Source: Mytilus edulis (Eukaryota). From it: 64,000 nt of DNA. The stretch spans positions 95,976,001 through 96,040,000 of the forward strand of contig NC_092347.1 in assembly GCF_963676685.1 (NCBI RefSeq), written 5' to 3'. The position numbers and the translations under genes are program-made. The notes beneath the pieces were generated by a model. It made no database searches, was not told where the DNA came from, and worked only from the letters and a program-made list of their open reading frames with translations. This document shows, in pieces, positions 24,734 through 37,065 of this stretch. Position 1 is the first letter of the stretch, and each line of letters begins with the position of its first letter.

Positions 24734-27700
24734 TAAAGAGGAGCGAATGAAACAGTATCTCAATAAAGAGGAGCGATTGAAACAGTATCTCAATAAAAAG
24801 GAGCGAATAAAACAGTATTTCAATAAAGAGGAGCGATTGAAACAATATCTCAATAAAGAGGAGGGAATGAAACAGTATCTCAATATAGAGGAGGGAATGA
24901 AACGGTATCTCAATAATGAAGAGCGAATGAAACAGTATCTCATTAAGAGGAGGGAATGAAACAGTATTTCAATAAAGAGGAGCGAATGAAACAGTATCTC
25001 AATAAAGAGGAGGGAATGAAACAGTATCTCAATATAGAGGAGCGATTGAAACAGTATCTCATTAAGAGGAGCGAATGAAACAGTATCTCATTAAGAGGAG
25101 CGAATGAAACAGTATCTCAATAAAGAGGAGCGAATGAAACGGTATCTCAATAATGAAGAGCGAATGAAACAGTATCTCAATAAAGAGGAGGGAATGAAAC
25201 AGTATCTCAATATAGAGGAGCGAATGAAACAGTATCTCAATAAAGAGGAGGGAATGAAACAGTATCTCAATAAAGAGGAGCGAATGAAACAGTATCTCAT
25301 TAAGAGGAGCGAATGAAACAGTATCTCAATATAGAGGAGCGAATGAAACAGTATCTCAATAAAGAGGAGCGAATGAAACAGTATCTCAATAAAGAGGAGG
25401 GAATGAAACAGTATCTCAATAAAGCGGAGCGAATGAAACGGTATCTCAATAATGAAGAGCGAATGAAACAGTATCTCAATAAAGAGGAGGGAATGAAACG
25501 GTATCTCAATATAGAGGAGCGAATGAAACAGTATCTCAATAAAGAGGAGGGAATGAAACAGTATCTCAATAAAGAGGAGCGAGTGAAACGGTATCTCAAT
25601 AATGAAGAGCGAATGAAACAGTATCTCAATAAAGAGGAGCGAGTAAAACAGTATCTCATTAAGAGGAGCGAATGAAACAGTATCTCAATAAAGAGGAGCG
25701 AATGAAACGGTATCTCAATAATGAAGAGCGAATGAAACAGTATCTCAATAAAGAGGAGGGAATGAAACAGTATCTCAATATAGAGGAGCGAATGAAACAG
25801 TATCTCAATAAAGAGGAGGGAATGAAACAGTATCTCAATAAAGAGGAGCGAGTGAAACAGTATCTCAATAAAATTAAGCGAATGAAACAGTATCTCAATA
25901 AAGGGGAGCGAATGAAACAGTATCTCAATAAAGAGAAGGGAATGAAACAGTATCTCAATAAAGAGGAGGGAATGAAACAGTATCTCAATAAAGAGGAGCG
26001 AATGAAACAGTATCTCAATAAAGAGGAGGGAATGAAACAGTATCTCAATAAAGAGGAGCGAGTGAAACAGTATCTCAATAAAAAGGAGCGAATGAAACAG
26101 TATCTCAATAAAGGGGAGCGAATGAAACAGTATCTCAATAAAGAGGAGGGAATGAAACAGTATCTCAATAAAGAGGAGCGAGTGAAACAGTATCTCAATA
26201 AATAGGAGCGAATGAAACAGTATGTCAATAAAAAGGAGCGAATGAAACAATATGTCAATAATGAGGAGCGAATGAAACAGTATCTCATTAATGAGGAGCG
26301 AATGAAACATTATCTCAATAAAGAGGAGCGAATGAAACAGTATCTCAATAATGAAGAGCGAGTGAAACAGTATCTCAATAAGGAGGGAATGAAACAGTAT
26401 CTCAATAAAGAGGAGCGAATGAAACAGTATCTCAATAATGAAGAGCGAGTGAAACAGTATCTCAATAAAGAGGAGCGAATGAAACAGTATGTCAATAAAA
26501 AGGAGCGAATGAAACAATATGTCAATAATGAGGAGCGAATGAAACAGTATCTCAATAATGAGGAGCGAATGAAACAGTATCTCAATAAAGAGGAGCGATT
26601 GAAACAGTATCTCAATAAAAAGGAGCGAATGAAACAGTATCTCAATATAGAGGAGCGATTGAAACAGTATCTCAATAAAGAGGAGCGATTGAAACAGTAT
26701 CTCAATAATGAAGAGCGAGTGAAACAGTCTCTCAATAAAGAGGAGCGAATGAAACAGTATTTCAATAAAGAGGAGCGAATGAAACAGTATGTCAATAAAA
26801 AGGAGCGAATGAATCAATATGTCAATAATGAGGAGCGAATGAAACAGTATCTCAATAAAGAGGAGCGAATGAAACAGTATCTCAATAATGAAGAGCGAGT
26901 GAAACAGTATCGCAATAAAGAGGAGCGAATGAAACAGTATCTCAATAATAAAGAGCGAATGAAACAGTATCTCAATAAGGAGGGAATGAAACAGTATCTC
27001 AATAAAGAGGAGCGAATGAAACAGTATCTCAATAATGAAAAGCGAGTGAAACAGTATCTCAAAAAAGAGGAGCGAATGAAACAGTATGTCAATAAAAAGG
27101 AGCGAATGAAACAGTATCTCAATGAAGAGGAGCGAATGAAACAGTATCTCAATAAAGAGGAGCGAATGAAACAGTATTTCAATAAAGAGGAGCGAATGAA
27201 ACAGTATGTCAATAAAAAGGAGCAAATGAATCAATATGTCAATAATGAGGAGCGAATGAAACAGTATGTCAATAAAGAGGAGCGAATGAAACAGTATCTC
27301 AATAAAGCGGAGCGAATGAAACGGTATCTCAATAAAGAGGAGCGAATGAAACGGTATCTCAATAAAGAGGAGCGAATGAAACGGTATCTCAATAAAGAGG
27401 AGCGAATGAAACAGTATCTCAATAATGAAGAGCGAATGAAACAGTATCTCAATAAAGAGGAGCGAATGAAACGGTATCTCAATAAAGAGGAGAGAATGAA
27501 ACGTTATCTCAATAAAGAGGAGCGAATGAAACGGTATCTCAATAAAGAGGAGCGAATGAAACGGTATCTCAATAAAGAGGAGCGAATGAAACGGTATCTC
27601 AATAAAGAGGAGCGAATGAAACAGTATCTCAATAAAGAGCGAATGAAACGGTATCTCAATAAAGAGGAGCGAATGAAACGGTATCTCAATAAAGAGGAGC

Positions 27701-29276
27701 GAATGAAACAGTATCTCAATAAAGAGGAGCGAATGAAACAGTATCTCAATAAAGAGGAGCGAATGAAACGGTATCTCAATAAAGAGGAACGAATGAAACA
27801 GTATATCAATAAAGAGGAGCGAATGAAACGGTATCTCAATAAAGAGGAGCGAATGAAACAGTATCTCAATAAAGAGGAGCGAATGAAACAGTATCTCAAT
27901 AAAGAGGAGCGAATGAAACGGTATATCAATAAAGAGGAGCGAATGAAACGGTATCTCAATAAAGAGGAGCGAATGAAACGGTATCTCAATAAAGAGGAGC
28001 GAATGAAACAGTATCTCAATAAAGAGGAGCGAATGAAACGGTATCTCAATAAAGAGGAGCGAATGAAACAGTAAACAGACTTATTAAAAGGGGATATAGT
28101 TACGATACTGTTGTCAGGTCATTAAAGATTGCATATTTTGGCTTTAACATTGATTCACTGATTGGGTCTTTGCATCGGAACTAAACACATTTATTTCTAA
28201 AAAAAACAGTTGTTGGCATGACACGGGTTATGTTCTTCTCATATATTTTATGATAGTATGATACTAAACCCCTAACGGGAGGGATTGTACCTGATATTCA
28301 TATGATGAAGACATAATCTTTCAATCAGTTTAATTGAGGTCTGGAGCTGGCATGTCAGTTAACTGCTAGTAGTCTGTTGTTATTTATGTATTATTGTCAT
28401 TTTATTTATTTTCTTTTGTTACATCTTTTGACATCAGACTCGGACTTCTCTTGAACTGAATTTTAATGTGCGTATTGTTATTCTTTTACTTTTCTACATT
28501 GGCTAGAGGTATAGGGGGAGGGTTGAGATCTCATAAACATGTTTAACCCCGCCGCAATTTTGCGCCTGTCCCAAGTCAGGAGCCTCTGGCCTTTGTTAGT
28601 CTTGTATGATTTTAAATTTTAGTTTCTTGTGTATAATTCGGAGTTTAGTATGACGTCCATTATCACTGTACTATTATGCATATTTTAGGGGCCAGCTGAA
28701 AGACACCTACGGGTGCGGGAATTCTCGCTACATTGAAGACCCATTGGTTGCCTTCGGCTGTTGTTTGCTCTATGGTCGGGTGGTTGTCGCTTTGACATAT
28801 TCACCATTTCCTTTCTCAATTTTATCTCAATCAAGAGGAGCGAATGAAACGGTATATCAATAAAGAGGAGCGAATGAAACAGTATCTCAATAAAGAGGAG
28901 CGAATGGAACGGTATCTCAATAAAGAGGAGCGAATGAAACAGTATTTCAATAAAGAGGAGGGAATGAAACAGTATCTCAATAAAGAGGAGCGAATGAAAC
29001 GGTATCTCAATAAAGAGGAGCGAATGAAACAGTATCTCAATAAAGAGGAGCGAATGAAACGGTATATCAATAAAGAGGAGCGAATGAAACAGTATCTCAA
29101 TAAAGAGGAGCGAATGAAACGGTATCTCAATAAAGAGGAGCGAATGAAACAGTATCTCAATAAAGAGGAGCGAATGAAACGGTATATCAATAAAGAGGAG
29201 CGAATGAAACGGTATATCAATAAAGAGGAGCGAATGAAACAGTATCTCAATAAAGAGGAGCGAATGAAACAGTATC
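24734..29276. repeat. 30-bp satellite, about 125 units, interrupted by an insertion at 28074-28822
   Basis: Unit AATAAAGAGGAGCGAATGAAACAGTATCTC with 27- and 29-bp variants; source of the MKQYLNKEER, EILFHSLLFI and RYCFIRSSLL ORFs. Confidence 0.97.
28074..28822 (+). mobile_element. About 750-bp dispersed element inserted in the 30-bp satellite
   Basis: Satellite phase is continuous across it (CAGTA|...|TATCTC); its right end matches minus-strand fragments at about 14474-14521, 16176-16270, 40143-40318 and 57585-57656. Confidence 0.88.
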
Positions 29277-29373
29277 CACAGAGAAATGAAACGTAACCGT
29301 AGGAAATGAAAAGTTGTCTCGTTTATCATAAATCTTATAGAATGACGATTTTCAAATGTTAAAGTCAATGTAA

Positions 29374-30645
29374 GGGGACGACCATTTGATATTCTGGGGG
29401 GGGGGGGGGGGGGGGGGCAGTAGGATTTTGAAAATAAATTACTCAGCCTTGATTATCACAAAAATAAATGGTTTGTTCTGTTGTAGTTTGAAAATAAATT
29501 ACCTTACTTGCAATGTATTGAAAATAAATAACTCAGCAGGTCTAATCGAAAGTATGAGATGGCACCAGATTCTTCATAAATTCATCTTTTTTCAAAAAAC
29601 TATTCGCCTTCGGCAAACACTGCCCAAATTGTTTAATAATATAAGCATAAATATTATTTAAATATACTTGAAATGTCTGTAAATTGGCTTCATTTAACTT
29701 GAGGTATGTTTTCTCAGCAACACTTACCTCACTTTTATTTAACAAGGCCGTGACTACATTGAAGCAAATGTCTCATGTAGAAAATTTCAAAACCAAACCA
29801 AACGCTTGTCTCCATATCAAATTGTTTTCACGTCGAGAAGCAAGTTCTGTTCTCCCTAAGACGTAGCCCTTGATTTTTCGGGATCAATGTTTCTTATTTA
29901 TTTGTCTTTTGTTCATTGATTGCCTTTCTGTATTCTGTTAGTGTTGCATTCCTTTTGTAATTTAGTAATTTTGTTATTAACTTGATCATGAGTTTAAAAA
30001 ACAGAAGCCCCAGACTTCAACTATGTGAATTACATTTTTGCTTTATCATGCATATTGGTTTATTGATGTTGTCCCTAAAAACTTAAGTCTTACACTGAAT
30101 GCATACATTTTGCTTTGAGACCAAAAATAAAAAAGGGTCTGGGGAACACCCAGAAAGCATGATTTTGCATCATTTCTTCTAAAGCTTCTTGTGCCTTCAG
30201 TGGCTCCAAAACCCTTTAAAAAAAATTTGCCCCGCTCCGCTCGGGGTACCATGTTTTGCCAATACTTTTAAAATAGGCTAGATACAATCAATCTTTAATG
30301 TAGTGTCTGGAAGCAATACATGTATATGCAGTTGGGAATATAGGAGATGTATTTCTGCAGAGGATGGTGATTAATTCTGATCAAATGATGCATGATGACT
30401 TAACTATACATGTATTATTTATAATTTATAAACAAATAATTTGAAAATTGTATGTTTTCGAATATTATAAATATAGTTGTGAAAATAAATAATCAGTCCC
30501 TTGGATTAATGAAAATGAAAACTCTTGCTTCAATAGTGCAGAAAATAGATAACATGTCCTCTTAGTTTACAAAAATAAATAACCGATCCTAAACAAATCC
30601 TCCTCCCCCTCCCCCCCCAAAAAAAAAAATCAAATGGTCGTCCCC
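29374..30645. mobile_element. 1.27-kb non-autonomous PIF/Harbinger element
   Basis: TIR GGGGACGACCATTTGAT / ATCAAATGGTCGTCCCC; TAA duplicated on both sides. Confidence 0.88.
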
Positions 30646-30759
30646 TAATAAGAATTGACGTCGAATTTAGTAAAAGTGAGTAAAGTTTGAGAAACTTTTA
30701 TATTTTGTTAAACTCTGGATTTTATAAAGGGAACTTTATTTCACATTTTGACATGGCTC

Positions 30760-31823
30760 GTCTTTTACCAAAGAGGAAATCCTGGATAATCATAGGTCTG
30801 TTTTATGTTCCTTTGGAATTTCAACCAAAGATGAAGAACTGGATCTTCCATCACTGTATTGGATACCTAAACTACATAAGTGTCCTTACAAACAACGGTA
30901 TTGTTGGGTCTTTCAAGTGCTCCACGAAATATCTTTCTAAATTCTTAACATCTATTTTATCAGCAATCAAAGACGGGCCCCAAAGTTATTGTGAAACTGT
31001 CTAATCTAGAGGTGGCGTGAATCTGATGTGGATACTAAAAAATTCCAAAGATCTTTTAGAAAACATACAATCTAAGACTCTCTCATCTTGCAATAGTATT
31101 AAAACATTTGACTTTTCTACACTTTACACAAGTATTCCCCATTCCAAACTAAAAGACAAATTGAAAGAGTTGGTATAACTTTGTTTTATTAAAACGAATG
31201 GCGAACGTAGATACAAGCATCTTGTCTTGGGGATGGATAAATCATACTTTGTAAAGAATTACTCTGATTCAAACAAAAAATTCTCTGAATTTGATATTAT
31301 CAAAATGCTTGATTTCTTGATTGACAACATATTTGTTACGTTTGGGGAACATGCTTCAGTCAACAGACTGTCGAAATTCCAATGGGAACCAATTGTGCCC
31401 CTCTGCTTGTCGACTTGTTTCTTTATTATTATGAGACTGACTTCATACAGAAACTTCTTAGGAAGAAAGATAAGAAGTTAGCAATATACGTTCTGCTATA
31501 TAGATGATGTTCTCTCACTAAATAATACAAAATTTGGTGACTATGTTGAACGAATCTATCTCATCGAACTAGAGATAAAGGATACTACAGATACAGTTAA
31601 GTCTGCCTCATATCTTGACTTACATCTAGAAATTGACAATGGGGGTAGGTTGAAAACAAACCTTTACGACAAAAGAGATGATTTCAGCTTCCCAATTGTG
31701 AACTTTCCATTTCTATGTAGCAACATTTCAGCAGCGACTGCAAACGGAGTATTTATCTCCCAATTGATACGATATTCCCGGGCTTGTATTTCCTATCATG
31801 GTTTCCTTGATAGAGGATTACTG
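30760..31823 (+). mobile_element. Penelope-like retroelement RT pseudogene (Naiad/Chlamys-type motifs)
   Basis: LPSLYWIPKLHK, MWILKNSK, IKTFDFSTLYT, IPMGTNCAPLL, YIDDVLS and YDKRDDFSFPIVNFPFL across frames, with stops and frameshifts. Confidence 0.88.
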
Positions 31824-32328
31824 TTAGTTGTTTCATTGACAATCAAACCACATCTACTCGTTTTATATCTGACTTAAAAAGCTTCAGCCATATGTTGTGT
31901 TTCGTTGAGTTGTTTTAGATTTAAATCACAAACTGAGATTTATGACAGTAAAGAAATTAAAAACGCAATACGAGGGGCAAAGTAAGTGCTTATCATTATC
32001 CAAATTTTTAATATTTTTAATAAAGACAAACACTTGTGCATGCATGCTATCTTACATACAAACATGTCGATAGATATTTTTTATGAATGAAAAAACAAGT
32101 TATAATATATGCACTGGTAATGACGTTATAACTTGGTGTTCGGTGTGAACCAAGGCTCTGTGTTGAAAACCGTACTTTGACCTATAATGGTTTAGTTTTA
32201 CAAATTGTGACTTGGATGGAGAGTTGTCTCATTGGCATTACCTGAAGATCTATGAAAGCAGTGAAAGTACTAGTAAAAGTGATGAATTGAAACCGTTATT
32301 ATCTTTTAATAATATTCTTTTATATATA

Positions 32329-32461
32329 TACAACTCGTCTAAACATCAACCCAACAATGTTAGATCTGTAAATTTGCTTTCGCAAATTTTTGGTTCTTCC
32401 CTCGCCGGGATTCGAACCCATGCTACTGTGATATCGTGACACCAAATCGCCTGCACTGCAG

Positions 32462-32507
<46 letters not shown>

Positions 32508-32971
32508 TACGTCTGAATCAGTGACAACTCTACAACAGATTTATCATTCGGATCACCAGCAATGATGGTGATACATGGCTGTGTACATTATGTATATACA
32601 ACTCGTCTAAACATCAACCCAACAATGTTAGATCTGTAAATTTGCTTTCGCAAATTTTTTGTTCTTCCCTCACCGGGATTCGAACCCATGCTACTGAGAT
32701 ATCGTGACACCAAATCGCCTGCACTGTAGCCGTCCCGCTAGACAACACGACCACCTGGGCTTCACAAAAATAAAGCTATCGGTGGCCGTGTGTTACCTTT
32801 CCTCGTCAGTTTTAATCTAGCGTCGTACTACAGTACATGATATATAAGGCATGAAGATGTTATTTTTTACAGATCAGCTAAATTATCTATAGTAAAGGAT
32901 CCTTCAAATTATTGCAAGATACAGTCACAGAAATAATTATATTGATAAGTACGTCTATATATATATATATA
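32329..32971 (-). mobile_element. tRNA-derived repeat, one partial copy plus one 442-bp permuted monomer, embedded in (TA)n
   Basis: Minus-strand head from 32760 with A-box-like TGGTCGTGTTG and B-box GGTTCGAATCCC (32675-32686); 32329-32463 duplicates 32597-32731; TA runs at 32320, 32464-32505 and 32956-32971. Confidence 0.8.
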
Positions 32972-32999
32972 GGTAAGCAATGAATGGTTGTTAAATTTG

Positions 33000-33365
33000 A
33001 TAGATGCTTTTTGTGCTTCTTTGTTAAATATTTGTTTGTTTTTGTTCTAATTGAGATTTTGACACAGTGATGACTGTTGTACTCCTATTTTGGCAATTTT
33101 ACCTTATTTCTGTTTTGTTCCCGCATTGTTGTAAATATAATGGAATTTGGGGCGACTGTCATACAAGTGAGAGGTTTAGCGCTATAAAACCATGTTCAAT
33201 CCACCATGCATTTTCTACATTTGAAAATGCCTGTACCAAGTCAGGAATATGACAGTTGTTGTCCATTCGTTTGATGTGTTTTATCAGTTGATTTTGCCAT
33301 TTGATTAAGGATTTACCGTTTTGAATTTTTTCTCGGAGTTCAGTAATTTTGTGATTTTACTTTTT
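33000..33365 (+). mobile_element. Dispersed repeat sharing the GCCTGT.CCAAGTCAGGA core
   Basis: Core at about 33228-33247 matches 28564-28581 and 4421-4440. Confidence 0.55.
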
Positions 33366-33875
33366 TCTTTCCTAAAGTCTACTCAATGGGCCAATAACCA
33401 TCGCATGTTATGTCTTTAATTTTTGAGATCTAAGATAAAGACATCTAAATATTACAAGAGAAGAAAGCCCGAATACATCCCTTTTTGTTATAATGGCCAT
33501 TCAACGGGAAGATGAACAACATTTCTTATTACACTGTACATGTAATAGAATTTCCGCAAAACGAGAAATATTAGAAAGGAAAATTAATTTTATATTCAAA
33601 ATACAGCGTGAAATTTACACTGCATGCTGAGATTCGTTTTGTTGTGGACGATATATCAGCTTTACTTATATATTAAAAATGTCGTCCATATAAGAGTCGG
33701 TGTCTAAATCATGATGATGAGGGAACTTCATCAGGTCTGATAAAATGATATATTATTTAGTATTTAACTTTTAATTCTACCATGTCTGTTGATAATATCA
33801 TTAATAATGCAGTTGCCAACAGGTCTAATTTATTGTTAATTAATTAGTGTATCGGAATATAAAGTTTTTTTTTTT

Positions 33876-36029
33876 GGCAGTGGCTATTTGACCGGCACCG
33901 GCTAAATAGCAAATTTGCTATTTGACCGGCACCGGCAAAATAGCAAATTTGCTATTTAGCCGGCACTGAATAAAACTGTTCATTGATGTGATTAATAGAG
34001 AATAAAAAAGATTAATAATAATTTAAAATCATTTTATCATAATATCAAGCATTAAAAATATAGTACAATAAAAAAAATTATTGAAGATGTTCATAAATAA
34101 ATAATTTATAACTTTATAATATTAATTAAAAGCATGAAAACACATTTGTATGTAACATTACTAAATATATTTTTTACTTAAAAATATTTATAAAAAATCT
34201 GTACTACACATCACTACTCCACATTACCAGATTTTGCTGAACACTTTCTGATCGCCTTAAATTCTTTGCGAACAGAACGAGACCTCAAGACAAGTGGTAT
34301 ATTTCAAAAGAGGACTGTTTCAGCATTCTCCGGAATGATTCACCTGAATATAGATATCAAGAGTTGGTGACGCCATATGCTTGGGCATATATCCTGAAAC
34401 AGTTTTCACTCAGGTCTGAAGTAAAACTGGAGCAGAAAGAGAGATTATATGGACAGCTACAACAAGCCAAGGCCAAATGAGGGTCAATTCAAAAAGTTAC
34501 TCTTGTATCTTTCATCTAAGTGTGCTTCTCCCGTGTAGGCATATACTCAAACTAAGAGAAGTTAATCACGAAAATTTGTTTGTTGAAGCAGTGTCAGATC
34601 GTTGGAAGATTAACACAGTCAAGACATCACATAGATTATTTGATGATACCAGTCAGAGGCAGATTTAGGGGGGGGGGGCAGGCCTCCCCCCCTTTTTGGG
34701 AAAAAAATGTGTTGCTTATATAGGGAATCATTGAAGCGTGACTGGGGCGGGCCCCCTCTTAGGTCAGTCAGTGGGCCCCACTTAATTATGAAAATTTCTG
34801 GATCCGCCACTGCCAGTCATCAGTGTGCTCTATCATATGTACACCAAAAAGAGTGAGAAAAATTTCTCAAAGCACAAAACACAGGGAGACACAAATTCTG
34901 TTACATGATGATGATATAAATGTAACAGACAATAAGGAAAATGATACTGATAATGTTCATTGATAATGTTCATATATTCGAAAAATCACGAAAACTAGTT
35001 TCGCAAGAAGAAGAACGAGATACTGCTCAACAAGAAGAACACCTATTGGATTCCAGTTGAACTTTGTGGATCGTGTGTTTCGCATATATTACTTCCACCA
35101 AATATGAAGAAACGTGGAAGGCCAAAAGGTTTGACCCAAACTGTCATCGGTCTTCAAAAAAAGAGTACCCGAAAAAGCAATTGTGTGCCATTTCATAAGA
35201 AAAGTTCCAAAGAAATCAGGGCATTTTATGAAAAAATGGTGGGTTGAACCTGGTTTTGTGGCATGCCAAACCTCCCGCTTTAATGACAGTGTTAATTACG
35301 TGGTTAATTATAACATTAATATGACAACATTACACGACAGGGTTACAATAAATAAACAGATAAATAGGAGAAAATATAGGACAGAGAAACAAACAAACAA
35401 AAGTCTTAAAAAGTGTGTCATAATAGAATCAAATCGGTAATTGGCAAATGGGTTGTTGTAAACATTGATTTAATTATTGTCGAAAAGATGCATGAGAAGC
35501 TATTAAGAGCGTTTATAAAGAAAAGAAAAAGAACCCTACCTACATATGCAACATATGCACACATGATGCAGATTCAAAGGAAGCCAGTGTAATGTGAAGT
35601 TCCTGTTTGGAGTGGCAACATTTATCTTGTGCTAGATTAAAACAACTTCCAAAGGCAAAGAATTGGTTTGTAACAATTGCAAATGTTAAATCATGTGTCC
35701 TTTTGAAATTCGTAGCAAACAACTTTTAATATTGTCTTTTTTAAGATGTACGGTGTAGTTTTACATAACACTATTTTTATAGCATGGCAGGATATTTAAA
35801 CCATAGATTTTACACATCTTCAATATTATTATTTTTTATTGTACTGTATTTTTAATGCTTGATATTGTGATAAAATGATTTTAAATTATTATTAAGCTTT
35901 TTTATTTTCTACTTATTACATCAATGAAGTTTTATTCAGTGCCGGCTAAATAGCAAATTTGCTATTTTGCCGGTGCCGGTCAAATAGCAAATTTGCTATT
36001 TAGCCGGTGCCGGTCAAATAGCCACTGCC
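33876..36029 (+). mobile_element. Mutator/MULE internal-deletion derivative with about 215-bp TIRs
   Basis: Near-perfect outer 100-bp TIRs (GGCAGTGGCTATTTGACCGG..), inverted similarity continuing to about 34090/35813, poly-T flanks compatible with a 9-10-bp TSD; internal remnants of SWIM (SC..LPCRH), AT-hook (KRGRPKG) and PHD finger (CNIC..CLEWQHLSC..WF). Confidence 0.88.
34654..34812. mobile_element. hAT5-like MITE nested in the MULE coding remnant
   Basis: CAGAGGCAGATTT ... GGATCCGCCACTG; CCAGT duplicated at 34649-34653 and 34813-34817. Confidence 0.88.
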
Positions 36030-36252
36030 TTTTTTTTTTATTTGTATTGAAAATATTTTTCAACAGAACGACAGTACTTTGATTTTTAATTAGTTCTACT
36101 AACCGAATTACTGTCAATCTGGACACTTAACATGCGTCTTTTATTATCGACTGCAACTTGAAATCGAAAATCAAAATTGCTAGATACTAATATGGGATAT
36201 CGTTTGTTAAGATTTCCCCTTGCGAACCTCAGTTAAAACGAAAATAATCTTA

Positions 36253-36288
36253 TGTGACGTCACAAGCACTGGTTCTTCCAAGATGGCC
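36253..36288 (+). promoter_or_regulatory. Candidate core promoter of the ADGRA-like gene: CRE palindrome and YY1-like motif
   Basis: TGTGACGTCACA (36253-36264) followed by CAAGATGGCC (36279-36288), about 540 bp upstream of the ATG. Confidence 0.5.
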
Positions 36289-36823
36289 TACGGAGGTACA
36301 GAATGTTTGTGTGTGGATTATTTTTTGTTTATATAGTGTACCGACATTTCTTTTGAAATTTGTTTTATCAATATTCATTTGATTAGGATAGAAGGTTTTA
36401 TTTTTCATGTAATCAATTTAATCCTGTTATATAAAATCAATGGACTGAATAAAAAATACAAAACATTGAAATAGGATTCTGAATCTGAATACAAAGCCAA
36501 GGTGTGAGGCATCGGTTTCTATTATAATTATTGTGATGTTAGATATTGCAGCTTTTCAAGTTCATTATTTCAAATTATTCTCATGTTGGATACAATAGTG
36601 ATTTGTAAACGCTAATTAAAAACGACTTTTTTTCTCTTTTGTTACAAATATTTTTATGCACCTGATGACTTAGTTCAGTAACAACTGTGGAATGACTACA
36701 TTTATTTGTGTATTATGATGTGAGGTAGATTGTGTATACACCTGATCTTATTAATTGAGGGTGAATATCATGTAAATAATGGAGTAAATAAGTTATAAAT
36801 GAATTACACAAAGCCTAGATCCA

Positions 36824-37065
36824 ATGAAGATCTTTCTCTTCTTGGGCACGTTGGTATGGAGTTTGTTTATTTTACACCCTACGACATGTGGGGCTTGCCC
36901 ACCAAGGTGCACATGCACATCTATAAAGAGCAAGGCTGACAAGAATAAAGATATTGTGGAGACGCCTAGAGTTGGTCAGGGGAAAAAAGTGATCTGTTCA
37001 GGGGACTATATACAAATCTCATCTGTGGCGGAAATTCGAAATCTACCGTTAGACACTGTAATTTT
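36824..37065 (+). CDS. ADGRA3: Adhesion GPCR A (GPR124/GPR125-like), coding exon 1: signal peptide and LRRNT
   Basis: MKIFLFLGTLVWSLFILHPTTCG-ACPPRCTC..VICS..LPLDTVIL; GTAAGT donor, phase 2. The symbol denotes the family; exact orthology is not resolved. Confidence 0.8.

Noticed and set aside
24618-29368. Long ORFs of up to 644 aa on both strands as genes (e.g. a decapeptide adhesive protein)
   Set aside because: They are translations of a 30-bp satellite, with frameshifting variants, no signal peptide or unique flanking coding sequence, and a TE interruption. The repeat does not resemble the mussel foot protein decapeptide.
32660-32760. Functional tRNA gene
   Set aside because: A/B boxes are present but I cannot build a convincing cloverleaf, and it occurs as multiple diverged or truncated copies with a shared non-tRNA tail.
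35541-35690. In-frame TGA at a PHD cysteine as selenocysteine
   Set aside because: The same remnant has a frameshift a few codons later and other lesions, so a simple TGY-to-TGA mutation in a dead transposon is sufficient.
36660-36680. Other CTGATGA occurrences (also about 12108, 19008, 47114) as hammerhead ribozymes
   Set aside because: No stem II followed by GAAA and no stem III/UH arrangement.
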